From: Cyanophora paradoxa CCMP329
Taxonomy: Eukaryota > Plantae > Glaucophyta
Assembly (NCBI GenBank): GCA_004431415.1
Contig: QPMI01000682.1
Span: forward strand, 1 to 64,000
Direction: 5' to 3'
DNA: 64,000 nt
Shown: piece by piece, positions 54,507 through 64,000 of the stretch
Position numbering within the stretch: the first letter of the stretch is position 1
Layout of the letters: the number at the start of each line of letters is the position of its first letter
Notes under the pieces: generated by a model
Told to the model about the DNA's origin: nothing
Seen by the model: only the letters and a program-made list of their open reading frames with translations
Database searches by the model: none
Program-made: the position numbers and the translations under genes

Positions 54507-56243
54507 ATGAGTTTCAATTATCCAGCAAATTTACAAACCATAACAGGTAGTGGTAAAGGAAACACTAAACATGTTAACTTTGATAATATCACCATTAAAG
54601 GGTCGACGTCAATTGATCAGAGCGCCGATAAACCCAGTAAGACGTATCCCAGAATTCATGCTTTAACGGTGAATCAAACAGACCCAGAGAAAGAAGATGT
54701 AAGTATAGCTTTCAGTTTGGGGAATGTAAAAAAAAATACGGTTGCGGAGATCAAGGCAACAAGAAGGAGACCACGGAAACTTAAAGCAAGTGGAACGCAT
54801 CCCGATATTCCCACACGTTACGATAGCGGACGTTTGGTTTTTAATGTCCAGGATGAGAAGGGAGTTCATCGTAGCGGTTTACGGATCTATAATGAAGGAT
54901 CAAATTCGATAGCACAAATCCCTGAAATATTGCAAATTGCACCACATGGTGAAGAGAATCAGATTCGCCACACCAACAATGTTTACCCAAAGGACATTGT
55001 CAACAATTCAAACACTAATGCACTGTTTGGTTTCACTCTTCCACCGGATACTTCCAAAGAAAAGGATTCGATCACAGTCGACAGTAGTCCCAGTCAACCA
55101 GTAGCGATTCATCTACATCCCGATCTTGTCGAAATGGATCGACATTTACTACCTTTGTTTTCAAACACAAAAGATCTTGGTATTAGAACCCGACAGTGGC
55201 GAAATATTCACGGTAGCAACGTGTATGCAAATGGCGAGAAACTTGTTAGTGAGAAAACGATAAGAGAAATATTTGAACATTACGGACCTGTTCCAGTTCC
55301 ATTTCCGTTACCATGGGATCCACCAGATCTTACACCAAAAAAACAACCCGGAAGAGAATACACAGCTGATGAAACGGTTGCGTTTGGTCAACATTTAGTT
55401 AGTTGGGAAAAAGTTTATAATAAACCAGTTTTTAAAGATTACAAACCGCCCGCTGAGGAACTCTTAGCACCAGATATTAATGTAATCCCTCTCGAACATA
55501 AAGAATGTGAAGACGTGGAAGAATTGCCGGATGGATTTGATCCTAACCATATGTTATATGATCGTTACGAACCTTTCGATGAACAACTTTTACCAGATGG
55601 ATTAAATCCACCTAACATAGATTACGAACAACCACATATACCAGATGAAGAGTTATTACCAGACGGATTACAGCCGGGTTTTTTCGATTTTACCGTAGAT
55701 TGGAGGGATATTATTAACAAACCCGAAACATTTCCACCAGATCCACACGAACACGAATGGGAAGACATTTTAAACAAACCGGAAAGATTTCCGCCCACAG
55801 AGCATCGCCACGATTGGGAAGATCTCGATAACATACCGCCAGAGTTTCCACCAGAAGACCATAGGCATAATTGGGACGAAATTGATGAGCAACCTACTTT
55901 CGCATCGGCAGGAAATATATTAACAGATTTCCAACATGGCGTAAGTCTCTACCGAAACATAGAAATCGAAGAAAGATTACAATTAAATGACCACTACCTT
56001 AATCGCATGGGAATAGAAGCAGGCACAGGAATGGAAGCCGAATTATACATTAGACCACCCAGAAGAGAAGGGATTTTACCAATCAATGGTAATTTTGGAC
56101 TGTATGAGACGAAACCCGGAATTTATTTAACAAACTACTACCCTGAGGATATCGAAATGACAGATGTATTACCTCCGATACCATCAATTCCATTAGATCC
56201 AAATAGTTGCGATAACAAAGATGCCGCAATCGGAATACCGTAG
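54507..56243 (+). CDS. Fibre/spike-like virion protein with phage tail-fibre-type repeats (possibly truncated)
   Basis: Contains HLLP..KDLGIRTRQWRNIH and tandem HxHxWxxIxxxPxxFPP repeats at ~55700-55895. The stop coincides with the AT-to-GC compositional junction. Confidence 0.62.
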   Translation: MSFNYPANLQTITGSGKGNTKHVNFDNITIKGSTSIDQSADKPSKTYPRIHALTVNQTDPEKEDVSIAFSLGNVKKNTVAEIKATRRRPRKLKASGTHPDIPTRYDSGRLVFNVQDEKGVHRSGLRIYNEGSNSIAQIPEILQIAPHGEENQIRHTNNVYPKDIVNNSNTNALFGFTLPPDTSKEKDSITVDSSPSQPVAIHLHPDLVEMDRHLLPLFSNTKDLGIRTRQWRNIHGSNVYANGEKLVSEKTIREIFEHYGPVPVPFPLPWDPPDLTPKKQPGREYTADETVAFGQHLVSWEKVYNKPVFKDYKPPAEELLAPDINVIPLEHKECEDVEELPDGFDPNHMLYDRYEPFDEQLLPDGLNPPNIDYEQPHIPDEELLPDGLQPGFFDFTVDWRDIINKPETFPPDPHEHEWEDILNKPERFPPTEHRHDWEDLDNIPPEFPPEDHRHNWDEIDEQPTFASAGNILTDFQHGVSLYRNIEIEERLQLNDHYLNRMGIEAGTGMEAELYIRPPRREGILPINGNFGLYETKPGIYLTNYYPEDIEMTDVLPPIPSIPLDPNSCDNKDAAIGIP

Positions 56244-59200
56244 TAGGGGAAAAAAACAGGAAGGCGCCTGCCAACCCGCCTAGCTCGCAGCGTAGCGCTG
56301 CGTGCGCGATCACCAGTGCGAGAGTAGAGGCCGCGACAGCCTAGGTAGCGTCCGCCGCGATGTCTGCGTAGGTATGCCGGCCACTCTCTCCAAACCGCCC
56401 CGCCAACGCGGCAACATCGCCCGGGAGTCCCTGGGTGATGTAACTGCAAGCAGTTACCGCGTCTCACGCACACCCTGGACCGCCCTCTTGAATCAATCTC
56501 CTTGCCGAGCTACGTCTGGCCTCCCTGGCCACGCCTCGCCATACACCCGCTGCCGACCCGCTCTCTACCGACCCGCTCTCAGACCCGCCTCCTCCTCCTC
56601 CCCCAAGCGCCAAGTCGCTGAGGCTGGGCAAGCCGCATCGCCCATTTCCCGCCCAGACGCGCATTTAGCGCCCCTTTCCTGCGAGGCCGCTACTGTACGT
56701 GTCAGCTGTAATTTGACGGCTTCCCGAACGCAGACTTTTGAGACTTGGACGATGCGGCGCACAGGCGACGGGTCCGGGGCGGCTAGGCACACGCACGCCT
56801 GGAACCACGTGCACGCGCATCTCTGGGCAGCCAGATGTGACCAACTAGCTGATCAGTCGGACCGCTGCGCGCGTCCCGCCGAGCACAGACATCCTCCAAC
56901 CCTAGACGCTGTCCGACCCCCTAACGTGTCTGCCGCTGTAGACGTCAACACTAACGCTCCGGGGCATATCTCGTTTGGCGACCTTTTCCCAACCACCCAT
57001 TACGCCTCAGGGAGCCCCCTCATAGGCCCGCCCCCATCGCTCATGCGCCACAAGCCGGAGGGAATCTCAGGATGATGACCTTTAACGTGCGGGGCACGTC
57101 CGAGGGCCGGCTTCAGCAGGCCGAAGACTTCGCCGTGAAATGGGGGGTCGACGTGATGGCTCTCCAAGAGCTCTCAGTCACGCGCGCCGAACTGCACTCG
57201 GCGCTCTTCACCCCGGCAGCGGAGCCCGGCGAGCCCCCCAAGAGCTCGATCACGCGGGGTCGCCTAATCCACTCAATTAAGAAAACAAAACCGAAAGGAA
57301 ACGGAGCGGCGCTATGGGTGGCGGCGCCCTGGGCGCGGCACATCGCGCGCCACTATCACTACCCGGGCCGGCTTGCCGGCTGTGAAATGCGCTTCAAGGG
57401 AAACCGCCAGCTCTTCGTAGTGAGCGTATACATGCCGGCCACCCAGCGGAAGCCTGAGCACAAGACCGATCAGGCGGCGCTCCTCGAATGCATCGAGCGC
57501 ATCTACGCGGACTTCCGATCGCGCTCGACCGCGCACCTCATCCTTCTCGGCGACTGGAACTCCGTGAAGACGCCGGCCACGTCCCGCATCCGCGCGGGAC
57601 GGTTCGTCCAGTCCTGGACGCCGGAACGCGAGTGGTGGGGAAAACTGACCGGCACCTGGGCACTAGTTGACGCGGCGACACAGAAAGGCCACGAACACGA
57701 AGTTACCTTCATCAGGCGCGGCCCGAGCCAGCACGGCGCCGAAGAGGATGGCGGGGACGACGGCGCCGACGACTCGGACTCGGAACAGGACCAGCAAATG
57801 GACGGGCCCGCCGTCGCCGAAGGCGCCGCGGTCATCTCGGCAGGACGTATCGATGCGGTGTTGCACTCTGCAGGTCTCGCGCCAGCGCTCCTGGCGGTGC
57901 ACCCGCTGCCGCCAGAGGTGGCGCTACCGCACCCCTCTGACCACTTCCCGGTCATGGCCGACTACGATCTGCTCAAAGCCGAACTCGTCAGACCGCCCGC
58001 GGCGATGCCCGCCCGGCGCACCCGCCGCCGCTCTTCGCACCGCACCTACTTGAGAAGGAGAAGCTGCCGGCCTTCCGAAAGGCTGTAGAAGACCGTCTGC
58101 AAGCCCTGGAAAGCGATCTTGAGAAAGCGCTAGGCGCGGCGGGCACGGAACAAGAGCGCAGGGACCGGGTCAGCTCTCTCTACCGACAGGCCACGGAGGC
58201 GGTGCTGACGCTCGCTAAGGAACACAAATGCTTGAAAGCCCGCGGATCGCGCCCGCCCACTCGCAGAGCGGTGCCGTGGCAGCTGGTCATGTCCAAGAAA
58301 GTGGAGCGCCTGATCGCTGGATGGACTGTTGAAGCGCCCGGAGGCTTGCCGTCGGCCCCGCTGGTCGCCCGGATCGAGAAACTGGAGGCTCTCATCAAAG
58401 GGCTCGTCCCCGGACCCGAACCCATGCCCGCCGCCCCGTACGCGACGCTGACGACGAGGCGCCGTTCCCGGGGCGCTACGTAGCGTGGCGGCTGTACTTC
58501 CGGTCGCTGAACGCATGGCGCAACCGCGTCCGCCGGCGCCACCAACACGAGACGCGCGCAGAGAAGCAGCGACAGATCCAGGAATTCGTTACTGCGCGCC
58601 AGGCCCGGTTTGCAGACCCGCGCAAGCTGCGCAGCTATCTAGACTCCATTCTGGAGCGGTCCAGGGGGGAGCCGATCATGCACGTCACCCGCCTGGCGCG
58701 CGAAGGCAACTTCTATGAAATTTACACGGCCCCCGAGGAGGTGAAGGCAGTGATGGCGGAGCACTGGCGTCAGTGGTGTGCGAAGAGAAACCCCCTGGTA
58801 GGGTGCACAGCGGACTTAATACCCGACTCCCAGCTCGCCTTCCTGCCCCCCGACTTCTGGCGCGCGCTCTACCGCCCCCTCGGGACGCACGTGGCGACCG
58901 CGGAAGCCTTCGCGGGAGTCATGGCTGAGCCTACGTACGAAGAGCTAGGGGCACACGTGCGCTCGCTCACGGATGGAGCGGGAGGGCCCTCCAACTGCAC
59001 GAACGCGATCCTGAAGACGCTCTGGAACCCCGACCTGCCGGACGCCATGGATCCAGAGGCGTACCCCCCCCGCGGTCGTCGGCTCCTGATGGCCATCGTC
59101 TGCGAGGCCCTCCGCCTGCGCGACCTGCCCGCCGAGATGTGTGAGAGCAATATCTTCGGGATCCCCAAGAACGGGAGCTGGGACGGAGACATTGAAGGGA

Positions 59201-62200
59201 ACCTCCGCCCGATCACGCTGCAGGAAGTTGGCCTCAAGCTAACGACGGGCCTCGTCACGAAACGGCTAGCCGAGGCCATCGAGAAGCACGGAATCCTTAA
59301 GGGGGTAAATTATGGCTTCAGGAAGGCTAAGGCGACAGATGATGCCCTTCACCTAATGGTCGCTATTCTAGAGGACGCTAAGGAGCACCGCAAGCCCATC
59401 TACCTCTTGCTACAGGATATCAGACGGGCGTACGATTCAGTTTCCTGGGCCAGCATGGAGCTCTCCCTCCGACGCATCGGGGCCCCCGAGACGTACATCG
59501 ACCTGCACCGCAACATATTCGAACGACGCCGGGCGCGAGCTATCACGGGCCACGGACTGTCAGACGTGTTTGAACTCGAATGTGGGCTCCCGCAGGGCGG
59601 CATCGAATCCCCGCTCCACTGGCTCATCTTCTACGATGCCTTGCTCTGCGCTCAACAAGAATTGGACAGGCTCGAGCAGGAAAAGGGGGCGCGGGGGTCG
59701 CGTACGTCATGGGCATGGGCGAAGACGACGCGGACTTCGCCCCCGCACGGGTGACCGGGAGCGCCTACGCGGACGACACGCAGTGGATGAGCGGATCGGC
59801 CGAAGGGATCCAGATGCTCGCGGACGTGGCGTCTGAATTCTTCCGCCTGCACGACATCGCCGTCAACGCGCGGAAAACAGAGTTTGCGTACAACAACGTC
59901 TCACCCGAGCCTGAACCCCCGCTGCTCGGCAATCCCCGCGTCCCGGTCGGCAAGAAGCTGAAACCGGGCGAGCATTTCAAGCTGCTCGGCGTCTACCTGA
60001 CCGCGAACCTGTCGTGGAAGGAGCAGATCAGACAGATGGAAGCGCAGGCTCGCGAGACGGTGGCGGTCATAGCTCGTAAGCAGCTGACCGCGCAAGAGGC
60101 CTGCTACGTTGTCGAGGCCGTCGTGCAGGCGCGGATCGCCTACGGGCTCAAAGTGACGCCGCTCACAGAGAGGCAGTGCGATCGCCTAGATGCCATCTGG
60201 ATGCGCGTGGTTAAGCACCATGGGGGCCTGGCGGCATCGACTTCCAACTACGCGCTCTGGAGCCACGGCACGTACAGCCTGCCGCGCACAGCGCACCTGA
60301 TGGCCAAGAACCAAATCACGGATCTGCTCGTCCGCCTCTGTGGCGAGCCGGAAGAGCTGCTATCTCAGGTGATGATGCACCGCATCCGGGACCTCCAGCG
60401 CAAGCTAGGCGTCCCGCTGCTGCCGACCGAGTTCCTGAACGCCCCAGTGTCACGCCAGCTTGCTCGATCGAATGCGATCGCCGCAGTGATGCCGCTCCTG
60501 CAGCGCCGGCTCTACCGGATCCAGTCCAACCACGCCCGCTTCTTGTTCACGCCGTACCCCCCCGCAGCCACTTGGCCCGACCCCGCGGAACTGCGCCGGG
60601 AATTCGTGCTTACCTCACACATTCCCGGGAAGTGTTCAGCACGGCTGCGCCCGCCCTCCACCGCGCACGGCTCTACTGGATGTCCGACGTCACGGCGCGC
60701 GATGGGAACGCCTCTGCACCTGGCGAGACCTGCACCTCCGCGCCCCCCGCGGCACGCTCCCTTGGGCAGCGCCCGCCTGGTGGAAGGCGGTGGCCAAGGC
60801 CCTCACGATCGACGGGCGCGGTTCGGGCGCCCTCCGATACCCCATGCGGCAACCGCCCGGTACCCCTTCCTCGGCCATGGTACAGCTTCCGGGCGGGGCA
60901 AGGAAGTTAATTCACCAACCGGGAGACTTCGTCTGCTACTACGACCTCGCAACGATTCACGAGACGGATGCGGTACCGGAAATCGGCCGGGTCCGCTCCG
61001 CTGAGGCCGAGGCCGGCAGCCTAGTAGCGACGGAGTGCCGGCTGGAGCACTGGGTCCCCGTCCCAGAAGAGGCCGACGACGAGGCCAACGGAGCCTACTG
61101 CCGCTGCGATGGCCACTGTCAGCTCGGACCCCGCGAAGGGCCGCCCGCCCCAGCTGCGCGCCGCTTTAATATCGTACCGGGAGAGGGCCGCCGCCACTGG
61201 CACGACAACCACGTCTGCCCTCAAGGCGCCGGCGCGGCCTGCCGGGCGACGAGCACCTGCGATGACGAGGGCAAGTACGGGACGGCGGTGGGAGGATGGG
61301 TAGAGCACGCGTCCGCACTCTGCACGATCCCCGGCACGGTGGAGCTAGTAGAAGTGTCGGGCGCCCCCGTGGAAGAATGCGAGGGGCAGGTACAGACGCG
61401 CTCGGGGCGCGCCAGTCGCCAGGTCCTGCGCCAAGCCCGTCTTGAATACTTCAAGCCCTTCAGGCAGGCGGCCGCGACCATCACTGCGCACCGATGGCGG
61501 ATGCTGCTGCAGGCAAAGCAGGAGGGCGATGAGAGGGTCAACTGGCACCTCCTCTCCGAGCCCGACGCCGCTCACCTCGCCACGCTCGAGGCGAACCCGC
61601 CCGACTTGCCCCCCCTGCCGCAAGATGAAGCGCCCCCGGTCAGCTCCAACAAGGAGGCGCGCGAGCTATACTACTATCAGGCCGATCCGTACAGTTGGGT
61701 TGCATACCTGGAGACCTGGAAGGGCCTCGAAGCCCGCTACCGCAAAGAGCACCTGGAGGCCGAGGCGGCGTCCGGCGGCTCATACGTGGCCGACGCCCCA
61801 GCGTACGCCTGGACGGACGGGAGCCTGAAAGAGGGCCAGACGGTTAACGCTCGCGCGGGCTACGCAGTACACTGGCCGGAAACGGACCTCAGAACTGGCG
61901 CAAGCCTGCACCCGCCGGGTATCCTCACGGACTTCCTTGCCCGGCTCCGGGGCCTGCAGGAGATCAACAAGGCGGAACTCCAGGCGGCGCTCATGGCTGA
62001 CCTGCTCTCGCCTTTCGGAGCGGTTCTACACGTCGACAACATGAACGCGATCCGCTGGTATTCCGATTTCGTCCAGCACGCGAGCTGCCGCAGCCCGCGG
62101 GAATACATCCGGCACGCCTGCTCCGCGGAACTGTACGCATGGAGCAAGCTCAGGACAATGCTAGAGGAGCGCGGGCGGCCGCTCAAACTCGTCAAAGTCA

Positions 62201-64000
62201 AAGCGCACGCGAAGGGCGACGCCCGCGACCCCACAACGACATCGCGGACGCCGGAGCGAACGTGGCGGCCGACCTGGATCTGGCGGACGAAAACCGGCAT
62301 GAACCTCTCTTTCTGCCGCCGGCCTTCAGCATGCCTGCGGTGCTCACCATCAGCGACCCCGACGGGCGCACACGACGGGTGGAAGGGGACCCCAAGGCAC
62401 ACATGGACGCACTTCACGAGCACCAGACGCACTTTGCCTGGACCCAACAACCGCTGGCTGGCGCGCTCCTGCGCCGAAGCGCCGACGGCGCAGACATAGC
62501 AGGGCTATATGCGGAAACGAGCGTAGGCTCCCGATTCCAAGGCGCCAATGGAGCCCGCAACGCGCTATTCAAGTTTCGGACGCAGCTGCTCTGTAGCTCG
62601 CTACCAGCGAACGAAGTCCGGGTACGTGACCAGAAGGAACTCTACGCCGCCTGCAACCCTGGGGGACGCTGTGCGGGCTGCGCCACCAGAACGCCTTTCC
62701 CTCGTGCAGAGACTAGCGGCCCGACAGCCTCACAGAACAGCCAGACTGCACCAGAGGCCTCGCATGCCCAACCAGCAGCGGGCCCCAGCCGCCCGAACCG
62801 GGCACCGACGGCTCTTACCGCAGGCCCGACTGAAACTTTCCCGCACGTCTTCCTGTGCCCGGGTCCGCATGCGGTCGCGCACCGCGCGGAGACTGCTCGC
62901 GAACTGAACCGACTTCTGCTCTGCGCATACAGAGAGGCCCACGGACTCACAGCGCCGCCAGCAGGAGCCCTCCTTGCCCCGACCTGGTCCCAATCTTCCT
63001 CCGCGTCGCGGACGACGACGCCGAGGCGCGCAGCTACGATGGTAGGCCGTACGCGTACCCGCGCCTCTGGGTGCTCCAGGGCCTTGCTCCGCAGAGTCTA
63101 GAAAGCGCCCTCGCACGCTGCCTGAACCTTGCACCCCGGTACGCGGCACGCGCAGCTAAACGCGTTCGGCAGACGCTTCTGGAGCGGGCCCGACGCCTCT
63201 GGTCACGTCGCTGCGAAATCAACGCGGAGTGGGAACGCGACTGCCGCGTCTCCCAGGCCTCAAAGAAGCGACCGCGCCCGCCCCGCACGGGCGCCCGCGC
63301 CCGAGAGCGGGCCCGCGGCCCCGGACCTGTAAGGAAGTCTGCGCCGCCTGCGACGGGCCGATTCGCCTTCACAATCTACTCAACGCCGCTCGGAACGCAG
63401 ACTGCCCACCGGAGTACGCGGGCTGGAAGGCGGCGCTCCGCGCCCAAGAGCTCTACGATTGCGTCAAGGTACGCCCTTGGGAGCCACATCCTAGCCCGCT
63501 CTAAACGGTACCCCGAGTCGCGCGAAAGGGGGGGGGGGGGGGGGGGGCTACGTCGGGAGGAGACTCTCGACACCACCTACCTACTACTTCACCATACCTA
63601 GTCCTCGAGAAACTTCCCTGCTCTACTCTTAGCCTCGCACACACTAGATATAGCCGCCCCGTCCGACTCGCTGGGCCCCGCCCAAGCGAGCGCCTGCCTT
63701 GCCTCCCTCTCCCGTTCTGCCCTCCTGCTCGCTCTCTTGGCCCTGCCTCCCACTCACGACCTCGCCAACGCTCCTCGCGCCTCGACAGGGAGGGAACGAT
63801 GGACCGGAAGGCTTGGCGGAAGGCTTCGGCTGGTCGTTGCACCCACCAGATACCCCGGCCATCGTGCCAGGACCGTGGGTTGAAGGACCGCCGCGGAGGG
63901 GGCTCGCAATTGCCCGCGGCGGGGTGCGGCGGCTGGTTCGAGGCTGGAAGCCCTGCTGACCGAGAAATCCGACCCTCCCCCTCCCCGCCACGGCCGGCGC
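56244..64000 (+). mobile_element. Non-LTR retrotransposon (LINE) with APE endonuclease, RT and RNase H; 3' end probably beyond the window
   Basis: GC-rich, intronless block with a ~0.83-kb 5' leader and one long frameshifted ORF. No poly(A) tail or TSD is visible in the window. Confidence 0.88.
57072..63504 (+). pseudogene. LINE polyprotein APE-RT-RNase H-Cys/His tail, broken by about 8 frameshifts (decay or sequencing error)
   Basis: APE motifs TFNVRG, ALQE, SVYMP, LGDWN, RIDAVL and SDH. RT motifs LRPITLQE, QDIRRAYDSV, GLPQGGIESP, AYADD and KLLGV. RNase H motifs WTDGS, NKAELQA, VDN and KVKAH..NDIAD. C-terminal CAGC..ETFPHVFLC. Confidence 0.9.

Larger units (their letters stand above)
39280..56243. 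mobile_element. Endogenous Polinton-like virus / Maverick-related element (partial; no terminal inverted repeats visible)
   Basis: Abrupt switch to AT-rich, intronless, gene-dense DNA. It encodes a DJR major capsid, two minor capsids, A32 ATPase, primase-helicase, pPolB and rve integrase. Confidence 0.93.

Noticed and set aside
39280-56243. Bacterial or phage contamination, suggested by the low GC content
   Set aside because: The gene set (A32 ATPase, DJR capsid, Polinton pPolB, rve integrase) is eukaryotic-viral, and consistent Shine-Dalgarno motifs are absent.
56238-56250. GTAGTAG as a Polinton AGT-type terminus
   Set aside because: Too short, in the wrong orientation for a right end, and with no matching inverted repeat in the window.
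56302-57075. 257-aa ORF as LINE ORF1
   Set aside because: It has a non-ATG start, low-complexity composition and no RRM, zinc-knuckle or coiled-coil motif, so it is more likely 5' UTR.
57072-63504. Programmed frameshifting in the LINE ORF
   Set aside because: There are too many shifts, several at homopolymer runs. Decay or sequencing error is the simpler explanation.

Overview
Eukaryotic nuclear DNA from a very GC-rich, intron-dense protist or alga. The short GC-rich introns, many with GC-AG ends, suggest something like a glaucophyte, but the host cannot be determined from this window. Positions 1-22.3 kb hold host genes: a membrane-bound class-3 lipase (-), a large Cys-rich-repeat membrane protein (+), a small LRR-type protein (-), MRI1 (+, 16 introns) and a Gln-rich protein (-). 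Positions 22.4-64 kb form one continuous cluster of mobile DNA with four parts. (i) A complete tyrosine-recombinase (DIRS-order, PAT/Ngaro-type) retrotransposon with split direct repeats A1..B1-A2..B2. Its B2 is interrupted by a 904-bp insert with a 15-bp TSD, and its Gag, Gag-Pol and YR products appear to be selected by alternative splicing. (ii) An inverted ~3.6-copy tandem array of that element's 2.03-kb 3' terminal module. (iii) An AT-rich endogenous Polinton-like virus fused directly to the array. It encodes two divergent minor capsid proteins, MCP, A32 ATPase, AEP primase-SF3 helicase, a pPolB whose proofreading motifs look degenerate, rve integrase, a patatin-discoidin fusion and a fibre protein. 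(iv) An APE-RT-RNase H LINE abutting the fibre gene. Exon boundaries and family calls come from manual motif reading; no database searches were run. Frameshifts may be assembly errors.
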